Under the pieces are notes generated by a model. That model was not told the DNA's origin and searched no databases. It worked only from the letters and a program-made list of their open reading frames with translations. A DNA stretch of 64,000 bases from Octopus vulgaris. Lineage: Eukaryota. Position 1 is the stretch's first letter; each line of letters begins with the position of its first letter. Location: positions 138,694,001-138,758,000 of the forward strand of contig OX597818.1 in assembly GCA_951406725.2 (NCBI GenBank), given 5' to 3'. The position numbers and the translations under genes are program-made. Shown piece after piece: positions 54,388 through 64,000 of this stretch.

Positions 54388-54618
54388 GGCGGCGAGCTGG
54401 CAGAAACGTTAGCATGCCGGGCAAAATGCTTAGCGGTATTTCGCCTGGCGCTACGTTCTGAGTTCAAATTCCGCCGAGGTCGACTTTGCCTTTCATCCTT
54501 TCGGGGTTGATAAATTAAGTACCAGTCACGCACTGGGGTCGATGTAATCGACTTAATCAGTTTGTGTGTCCTTGTTTGTCCCCTCTGTGTTTAGCCCCTT
54601 GTGGGCAATAAAGAAATA
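54388..54618 (+). mobile_element. SINE family C, young
   Basis: TSD AGAATGTATCCCAGAT. Confidence 0.95.
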
Positions 54619-55373
54619 AGAATGTATCCCAGATATACCCACATAAAGCAAATATATTTATTTACCTATTAATATCTGATGAACTATCCACTGTATTCAT
54701 GTATGTGTGTATACACTAATACAGATGTGAATAACAATTATAATAAATCAACAGATAGACATTATTGAAATTCAATTTGGTGACTAATCCAGTCTCAACT
54801 ACCAAACAGTCGGTGTTGCCGTGCCATTTGTATTTATTGGTAGGAGAACATAATTTATAGATTGGTTGGTCTATTTACTTGATGGCTGTGTAAATAGTTA
54901 ATAGCTTTCTATCACTTCTCTTTCGTCTACCCCCTGTCCACACTTACATCTTTCATTGTATAATGAAAAAAGATACAGTTGTATTGAGATATAAAGGTGA
55001 TGAAGATAATGTTGATCAGTTCTATGTAGGAGTATTTGAACTCCTTACCTACCCTTCGTGTTCATATCACTCTGTTTCTACCCAATTTTACCCTCTTTGC
55101 TTTCATCATCTTACTTTGGTTCTTTCTCTCTCTTCACTCTGTCTTCTATTCACTCTCTGTCGTATTTGCCTAGAATGAATCGAGACAATGTAGTAAGGAC
55201 TCCCTAAGTGTGTTGCCACTAACTTGACAACCTCTCTAACTGTGATATCACAATGAAATGCACCCAGCACGCTCTGTAAAGTGGTTTGGGTTAGGAAGGG
55301 CATTCAGCCATTGATATAATGCCAAAATGAAATGCATGATTGATATGTGGTTCTCTGACACATGTAGGAGGAC

Positions 55374-55485
<112 letters not shown>

Positions 55486-55526
55486 GTATATATGTATATA
55501 TGTATGTATATATGTATATATATATG

Positions 55527-55572
<46 letters not shown>

Positions 55573-56380
55573 GAACAAACTTACTTAGAAATGGATGCGT
55601 GCGTTCTGTCGTATAATAACAAATTAATAAATAAAACATATGCATATATACATACATATATGTACGTACCTACATCTACATGTATATATACATGCATATA
55701 TGGGTACAGGACACCAAAAAAACGTCGAACACAATGAGAAACGAAAACATAGACACAAAACCAAGGAACTGGACATTTTTCTTAAACAACGAAAAAATAG
55801 AGTACAGGACAAATAACACAAGGAAAATTCCCCTTCTTCAGTTGCCATGGTTTCATCTACTCCGCATTTCGAGATAGATAGATTCTTTGTTGCTTTGATA
55901 AGGTTAGGGAAACTTGGGTGTAGCAATGCAGTGCATCATCAGCTTTGAAAGGAATGGATGACAGTACGGATGACTTTTATTCCTGTTTGTCTTGCCACAT
56001 ATATATATCTTTATGTCGTCATCATCTTCATCATTTTACATCCTTTTTCCATGCAGGTATAGGTTGGACAGGTTGTTACAGTCTGAGTCAGTTCCTGTTT
56101 GGAATTACTATCCTCATCGAAGGGTTGGTGATCATGTCTCACTTATGGATTCCATTTTTGACAGGGTAGCTACAGCTAGATGCCCTTCATATACTGTATA
56201 GAATACATTGGGTGGGTGTGTGTATTTGTTGCTCTAAGCACTAGATTATCGTATCTTTGGTAAGATTAAAGTGGTCTCTCTATCTTTTGTTGTTTTTGTT
56301 CTTTCACTTGTCAGTTCACTGAGTGTATCGTGTGTGTGTGTGTGTGTGTGTGCATGTGTCTATATTAGCAATTAATATAA

Positions 56381-56611
56381 AGGTGGCGAGCTGGCAGACA
56401 CGTTAGCACACCGGGCGAAATGCGTAGCCGTATTTCGTCTGCCGTTACGTTCTGAGTTCAAATTCCACCGAGGTCGACTTTGCCTTTCATCCTTTCGGGG
56501 TCGATAAATTAAGTACCAGTTTCGCACTGGGGTCGATGTAATCGACTTAATCCCTTTGTCTGTCCTTGTTTGTCCCCTCTATGTTTAGCCCCTTGTGGGT
56601 AGTAAAGAAAT
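56381..56611 (+). mobile_element. SINE family C, young
   Basis: TSD TATATTAGCAATTAAT. Confidence 0.95.
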
Positions 56612-57986
56612 ATATATTAGCAATTAATGTTATGAAAGGTTTTTGTCTTTAGACCACAATTTGGCTGCTATTTCTAGTTGAGACACTTCATAGAAGTTCC
56701 CAAGTTGATCAGTGCATCATTAACGTATATTTCAAGAGAAAGTTTGTGTTGATGGCTTTGTAATGGCTTTTGTTATTTTTGCTGCTATAGATCATGGTCA
56801 AAATATCTTAGTCACACTTGTATTAAGCACGCTGTTTTTACAAACATCCATACAAATATGAAATTAATTCTCTTGTCTCTAAAGATCAAACTATTAGATG
56901 GATAAACAAAGCAGGCCATTACAACTATACAAATCTTTTGACCCAACAAACCTAATTACTAAACCAATGCAAAGATTGGAATTGTAAATTTAATAAATAG
57001 AATAATTAATTAAAAAACAGAAACAAAGATAATGATCACTTATTATGCATAAGTAATTAACAGTGTAACAATATTTTTTTCATTGTTGTTATTTTGATGT
57101 CAAAGGTCATGTCTTGATTCAGTGCAACCAGATTGTTGTGTTTTGTTGTTTTTTTAATTCATTTATTTTAATTTATTTATTTATTTATTGTTATTCTTTC
57201 ACTATAATTCTCTGCTAGAAATGATAAGCAGAATTGATCATTTCAATATGTGAGAAAATTTGATTTGTTGCTGACCAGCCTTTAGAGTAAATGTCAGTTC
57301 CTTTACCAAGAAGTCAACAGTTTATTTTCCATCCCTTTGTGCTCTGATGTAGTGGTCATGGTTAGACAATTCATTCTAAAATCATCTGTCTAGTAATATA
57401 CATCAAAAACTGTAAATTGGTATCAGGAGGAGGTACAGCTTGCTGTAAATGGTGAAATGCTTTGTGAAATTAATTTACTTAACCAATCTGCTATCCTGGG
57501 TTCAAATTCTTCCCATGCGTAAAACTAACTAAAGGAACCTCTGTGCAGTTGCTCAACACGCTTGCAATAGCAGTCAAAACTTCTTCTCACACGCTACCAT
57601 CTGTTGGAAATTTTAGTCAAAAGTCAGATTGGTTACTGCTGGAATGTCTTTAATCAAAGATTTTGCTCAGTCATGACTGATCTGGAGCCAGACAACAAAA
57701 ACAATAATTAGCTATTGACTGGAAACTTATCTCTACAGTGAGAAATGTTTGCTTTGGACTGAGGACTGGAATTAACTGAATTACACTGCAACATCTCTCT
57801 GTAATGGATGAAAGGTTATATAAAAAAAAAAAAAGATGATACAAAAAAAATGAAGCAATAAAACAGTAGTAGCTGAGAAGGAATCTTTAATATGAAATTT
57901 AAATGGAAAAAATTTGCCGGCATCCAAACAACTTTTAGCTTGGTAAAAACAATTGTAAAATGTTAAAGGAGAATACCGTGTGTATG

Positions 57987-58026
<40 letters not shown>

Positions 58027-58760
58027 TAAGTGTATGTATAACAGAGAGGAAGAGAAGGAATAAACAATAAAAGAGTGCATGTGACAGAAAATAATTTGTG
58101 CATTAGAGATTTTATTAAAGTTTCAGAATGGCTTAGTTTGTTAAAATTGGAGAGAGAAAGAAAGAAAGATAGATAGATAGAGACAGAGAGAGAGAGAGAG
58201 AGAGAGAAAGATAAAAGGCTTACATAAAAGATTTTGTTGAATAGCCACAGACTGTTGCGAGTAGAATGTGTGTACATCAGTGTAGTGTGAATGTGTGGGT
58301 GTGTACATAATTATAGCCTTTGCTTAAATGAATATGTTAAAGGTTCTTAAGAATACCGTGTGTGTATGTGTATATATATGCATACATGCACGTGATCACC
58401 TCAGTTTATGTGTGTGTGTCGTTACACGTCCATATAAGTGGCCTACACTTTGACACTGGAGATTCTAATAGATTGTAATTTTAAGCTTATGTGTGTGTAT
58501 ATATATATATGTCTACAGGCAACCATCTGCTTATGTGTACCTGTGTGTAAAAATAATTACACCTTCACATAAGTAATTACACCTTTATCTTGGAGATTCT
58601 AATAGCTGCAGAACTAGGAAGTAAGGTGCATTTGTATGGGTGCATATGTAACTGTGCATACAGTTGCATGCTTAATTACCTGTTTTTATAAGAGATTCTA
58701 ATAGCTTCCGAATGATAAAGTTCATGTGTGTGTGTGTGTGTGTGTGTGTACATGCATACA

Positions 58761-59144
58761 TGGAGGCGCAATGGCCCAGTGGTTAGGGCAGCGGACTCGT
58801 GGTCATATGATCGCGGTTTCGATTCCCAGACCGGGCGTTGTGAGTGTTTATTGAGCAAAAACACCTAAAGCTCCACGAGGCTCCGGTAGGGGATGGTGGT
58901 GATCCCTGCTGTACTCTTTCACCACAACTCTCTCTCTCTTACTTCCTGTTTCTGTTGTACCTGTATTTCAAAGGGCCGGCCTTGTCACTCTCTGTGTCAC
59001 GCTGAATATCCCCGAGAACTACGTTAAGGGTACACGTGTCTGTGGAGTGCTCAGCCACTTACACGTTAATTTCACGAGCAGGATGTTCCGTTGATTTGGA
59101 TCAACCGGAACCCTCGTCGTCGTAACCGACGGAGTGCTTCCCCC
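58761..59144 (+). mobile_element. SINE family B, full length
   Basis: TSD ACATGCATACA. Confidence 0.95.
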
Positions 59145-60469
59145 ACATGCATACACATGATTTCACACACAATTATCACTTTATATAAGAGATTCTAATA
59201 GTCACACAATGAAAAGTTTAAATGTGTTTATGGATATACTTATATGTGTGTACCTAATTACCTTCATTTTACATAAATAAGATCATCTGCGGAACAGGAA
59301 GCAGATGGCATCACCAAAAAGAAATACAACAGGTTCAACTTAGTTCTCCCCTAAATAAACTGTTATCAAGGTATTGAACCTATGCTACATTGAACTATAG
59401 GTGACTTGGCAAGAATTAGCAGTTATCACACAGCGTCAACTAAAACTTTTGAAGCTTTGCAAGGAGAGGTTATAGTATCTATAAATATGTATAGATCATA
59501 GGTCAAAAATTAAGGCCTTGTATTGCATTGTGTCCTTCCTGAGAGGCTCATTACTCTGTTTTATCCAGATTATGAAGTCAGAAAATAAAGGCTATATTAG
59601 TATCACTTTATTTTGTGCTGGTTAGCCTAATGAATGGTATCCAGCTGTAAAAACACAAAACTTCAAGCAAACTGGCCTGACCTGGGATCAGTGAGTAAGG
59701 GAATTTCTTTGCCATTTGCTTAAATTTGCTAAAAGTAGCTGCCAAATAAATTGCTACTCAAACAAATCTTTACTTTCAAGGGTGTTAGGACCACATGTTT
59801 TTGCAATTAAAAAAGTTCTATAACAATATTGCATACTCAATTTAAAGCTTACGTAGTAGAAATGATTAAGGCAGGTAGTTTCATAATGTGGTATATGGCT
59901 ACCATATTAAGAGTTGACTTAATCCTCTCAAAACAGTAACCATTTAGTTTTATCCCAATCAGCAAGTAAAGTAAAATAAAAGAAGACAACAAACAGGGTT
60001 ACAATTTTATGGGTACAAGTTTGAGTTGTAACCATGTGGTTTTGATTAGATGGAAACTGTATGGAAGTTTGTTGAGCCGTTTTTTTTAAAGGCTACTAAA
60101 ATGCAAATGCAGTTAAATGTGTTCACAATTTTCACATCACATCAATGTATTCACATTTTCCTGTTTAGTAGAGCTATTGTTTTTAGCTTTATTTGCATTT
60201 GAGCCGTTCTTTAGAAGACTATTTTCAAATTTCTCAATGCTTCAAATGAACTAAAATGTGTGCCGAGTGTTTGATGTGCAATCCAAACATGTCGCGTTGC
60301 TTTCTTTTATGTCAAAAACTATTAAGTTAGCTTTTCAATAAACTGAGATTGTTAAAATAAGTATCAGACGAAAATACATACCAAGGAACTTTTTTAATCA
60401 AGTACGCCAATGTTACCCTCTTGATTTGAAAGGAAGAAAATTATAGACTCTTTGAATTCAAAGGGTTTA

Positions 60470-60698
60470 TTAACCCTTTAGTGTTCACATTATTCTACCA
60501 AAATTAATGCTTTTTTATCCACATTACCTTGAACTAATCATGCATTATCTTGTAGCTATGAGATTTTGATGAGGTAGCTGTTAATTTTTAAAACGATATT
60601 GTAGGGTTAGTGTGAGAGACCAGATCTGGCCAGTTTGAACATAAAACAGGCAGAATACTTTTGGCCGGATATGGCCGGTTTAAATGTTAAAGGGTTAA
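60470..60698. mobile_element. piggyBac-type MITE, inverted relative to 51966
   Basis: TTAA-CCCTTTA ... TAAAGGG-TTAA; reverse complement of the 51966 copy. Confidence 0.9.
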
Positions 60699-61577
60699 AT
60701 CTATTTATATGGAGAACACAATTATAGATATAAAATGTATATAACAGATGCGATAAAATAAATTGATATCCTCATTATGAAACAAAAGTATTTTTCTAGA
60801 AACTTTGTCACTTTGGGTTTTGGAGAAATGGAGTTGTTTCATTTTTGTTACAATTACATCAAAATTGGGGCATTTTGATGCCAGAGCAATTTGGATGCAG
60901 TCTTTCAGGTCCAATTGATTACTCTGCTTTGTTTTTATATCCCTTAGAGTGGAAAATCCTTGTTTGCAAAGCTAGGTTGTTGGAAAAGGCTTTTTAGTGG
61001 TTGGTACGATCAACTAAAACCCCCAAAATGGCACACCCAGCATGGCCAGAGTTCAATGACTGAAAGTAGTAAAAGAAAGAGAGGAGGAAACAAAAACTAT
61101 TTTCATAAGGTATATTGAATACAGGTATCGTTTTGTGGGTCAGCATTGTTTAGACACATAAGTTGCTGCTCATTATTCTTTGCTTGCATAACAGTTGGCA
61201 GCAGAATCAAGGCAACAGAATTCCTTACCTGTTGAAATATGTGAAGTAGCTTTCATTGTGCTCTTTTGTAGTGAAAGAATGCTACTGTTTGGCACAAATT
61301 CTTCAAGGTACTTAGTGCTTCTCCCGTCTGGAATTCCATATTTTTTTAAACAAGAAACTGACTCAGGCTTTTTATTATTTCTCATCCTGTAGCTTCCATA
61401 AACATTTTAATATACAAAAGCTTTTCCGCCTCTCTGCCCATACAGCCACCCATCTACACACTCATTTACTTAAGTTCACTACATATATTTAAACATAGAA
61501 CTTTTCGAGCACTCACTAACTGTTATGCAAAAACTATCAAAAGTACACGTATTGTCAGATGTTTATATATACATATG

Positions 61578-61948
61578 TAGGTGCAGGCATGAATATGTTG
61601 TTAAGAAGCTCACTTTGCAACCACACAGTTCAGGTTCAATCTCACCATGTGGCACCTTGGGCAAATGTCTTCTACTATGGCTGTAGTCCAACCAATGCCT
61701 TATGAGTGAATTTGGTAGTTGAATGTGTGTGTGTGTGTGTGTGTATGCTTGTGTACCCACCATCGCCACTTAACAACTAGTATGAGTTTTTTTTACATTC
61801 CCTCAACTTAGTGGTTCAGCAAAAAAAAAAAAAACAAGAAAAAACTGACAGAATAAGTATTGAGGTTGATCTGTTCAACCTAAGATCTCTTCAAGACAGT
61901 GCCCCAGCATGGCCACAGTCCAATGACTGAAACAAGTAAAAGGTAAAA
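61578..61948 (+). mobile_element. SINE family A, degenerate, in the hairpin loop
   Basis: GGCACCTTGGGCAAATGTCTTCTACTAT core; TGACTGAAACAAGTAAAA tail. Confidence 0.85.
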
Positions 61949-62537
61949 TAACAATCACATATATATACATATAAACACATACATGCCTCTGTTTCTCTTT
62001 AGGCATACAGGTAAATGTTTATATTATTATACAGATGTTATCTACAAGTCTATTGACAAGTAACACTTAAGTATTTGTATGTGAATAGATATTCTCATTA
62101 TTACGTGCAGTGTGTATGTATAAATGTATAAATAAGTGTATGTCTCAAGTATTCACAAAAGCACTCAGACAATCACCTGTTTCTCTCATATGATAAGTAG
62201 ACTATCTCTAAATATACTTATACCAACGTAATTACTTAAAAATTGCAGGCATCAAAGTGAATAATCAGAATAGTGCACACACATTCTTCCCTTGTGTGTG
62301 TGTGTGTGTACATGCAAATACGTATATGTATTTATGTGAGTTGGTTTGTAAGAATATATAAATGGAAAAAGGTGCTTTTCAAGTGTTTGTGCATAAGAGT
62401 TAGTGAATGCTCAAAAGTTCTATATTTAAATGTACGTAGTGTTCTGTTCGTAAGTAAATGAGTGTGAGGGTGGGTGGCTGTTATGAGTGGAGAGGTGCGA
62501 GAGCTTTTGTATATTAAAATGTTTGTGTAAGCTACAG

Positions 62538-62697
62538 GATGAGAAATAATAAAAAAGCCTGAGTCAGTTTCTTGTTTAAAAAAAATATGGAATTCCAGAC
62601 GGGAGAAGCACTAAGTACCTTGAAGAATTTGTGCCAAACAGAAGCATTCTTTCACTACAAAAGAGCACAATGAAAGCTACTTCACATATTTCAACAG
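62538..62697 (+). other. Candidate 160-nt exon in the right arm of the inverted duplication
   Basis: Strong donor CAG|GTAAGG at 62698; weak acceptor CTACAG| at 62537. Confidence 0.35.
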
Positions 62698-63203
62698 GTA
62701 AGGAATTCTGTTGCCTTGATTCTGCTGCCAACTGTTATGCAAGCAAAGAATAATGAGCAGCAACTTATGTGTCTAAACAATGCTGACCCACAAAATGACA
62801 CCTGTATTCCAATATACCTTATAAAAATAGTTTTGTTTCCCTCCTCTCTTTCTTTTACTAGTTTCAGTCATTGAACTCTGGCCATGCTGGGTATGCCATT
62901 TTGGGGGTTTTAGTTCATCATACCAACACCTAGTATGTATTTTAGTCTGATACTTACTTTATCAATCTCTATTTATTGAAAAGCCAAGTTAATAAATTTT
63001 GACTTAAAAGAAAACAGCTCTACATGCTGAATTGCAAAGCATGCACTTGCATGCATTCTGGTTCATTTGAAGCATTGAGAAATTTGAAAATAGTCTTCAA
63101 AAGAACTGCTCAAATGCAAATGAAACTAAAATGTCATACAAAGTGTTTTAAAACACGACTGTGAGTGTGGAATCAATATAAAAACTAAGCAATTGTCATA
63201 TTA

Positions 63204-63507
63204 CAGGGATTCCCTGACTTGCGTGAGTGAGTTCAAATTGCGCGAAATTCGACTTGCGTGAGCCAACTTTTGATATCGAGTGTTCAGGTTGCGTGAGTTG
63301 TATTCTCGACTTGCGCTTGTTGTAAAAATATTTATTATCCATGGTTGCATTGCCTTGTCTGTTATCTTGTTATCTATCCATCATTTCAAATATACATAAA
63401 GTAAAAATAATTGTGTTTGAGTAATTGATAACAATATCTGGTACTCGACTTGCACGAATTTCGAATTGCGCGTCCCCCAACTACTCGCGCAAGTCGAGGA
63501 GTCCCTG
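63204..63507. mobile_element. Tc1/pogo (Tigger-like) MITE
   Basis: TA-CAGGGATTCC ... GGAGTCCCTG-TA; GACTTGCG subterminal repeats. Confidence 0.85.
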
Positions 63508-63835
63508 TATATATATGATGAATACTTTTAACCGTGTTGGTATGTTTAATGATAATCTCAACATAGAGACTCTCAAGGGTAAAAACTGAAATCTATGAAA
63601 TTTAAAATGTTGTCATTGCGTATGTAATGCTACTGTGCACAGATAAGCCAAGAGAAAATGAAAATGTAAAAGGTACAAATGTATAGAAGGGATCATATAT
63701 GAACTACTTGAGAGAAGACTGAGTTGGTACAGGCATAGGATTAATGCATATGAGAAGATGATGAGGGATAGAAGTGTTGAGTAGTCCAAATGAAAGGATT
63801 CTGTGAAAGGAGGCTGAGGAAGACAGATGAGGTAG

Positions 63836-64000
63836 TACTCTCTTTTACTCTGTTACTTGTTTCAGTCATTTGACTGCGGCCATGCTGGAGCAATGCCTTT
63901 AGTCGAGCTAATCGACCCCGGGACTTATTCTTTTGTAAGCCCAGTACTTATTCTATCGGTCTCTTTTGCCGAACCGCTAAGTGACGGGGACGTAAACACA
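63836..64000 (-). mobile_element. SINE family A, cut by the window end
   Basis: TACTCTCTTTTACTC tail and family A 3' body. Confidence 0.92.

Larger units (their letters stand above)
60181..63131. repeat. Long inverted duplication (left arm 60181-60381 + 61000-61545; right arm 62371-63131)
   Basis: Arms align as reverse complements; core 61131-61395 vs 62529-62795 differs by one substitution and two homopolymer indels. Confidence 0.95.

Noticed and set aside
55700-55875. CpG-containing segment with CTGAAGAAGGGG and CGAAA on -
   Set aside because: Probably a repeat remnant; the motif order does not form a hammerhead.

Overview
Repeat-saturated, AT-rich eukaryotic DNA. It is almost certainly a cephalopod (Octopus-type) genome, judged from recognisable tRNA-derived SINE families and dense (TA)n/(CA)n/(CT)n/(CAT)n microsatellites; this is recognition, not a database result. 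No intact protein-coding ORF is supportable: nearly all listed ORFs are microsatellite or SINE read-throughs. The window holds about 50 SINE copies from four families plus an older degenerate family, an RTE LINE relic, a Penelope-like (GIY-YIG) relic with inverted termini, several minimal hammerhead-ribozyme motifs, Helitron relics, and piggyBac-, hAT- and Tc1/pogo-type MITEs. A CpG-richer zone (about 18.7-25.5 kb) followed by + strand splice signals (26.5, 27.3, 38.3, 62.7 kb) suggests the 5' end and long introns of a large + strand gene, possibly with a divergent - strand transcript. Most notable: (1) an old ~750-bp inverted duplication at 60.2-63.1 kb whose ~265-bp core, centred on an exon-like segment, is ~99% identical while its flanks have decayed, a candidate long dsRNA/ADAR substrate; (2) an AG|GTATGT recursive-splice-like site with a 34-nt exon; (3) a near-intact hammerhead inside a fold-back. 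All identities were estimated by eye.
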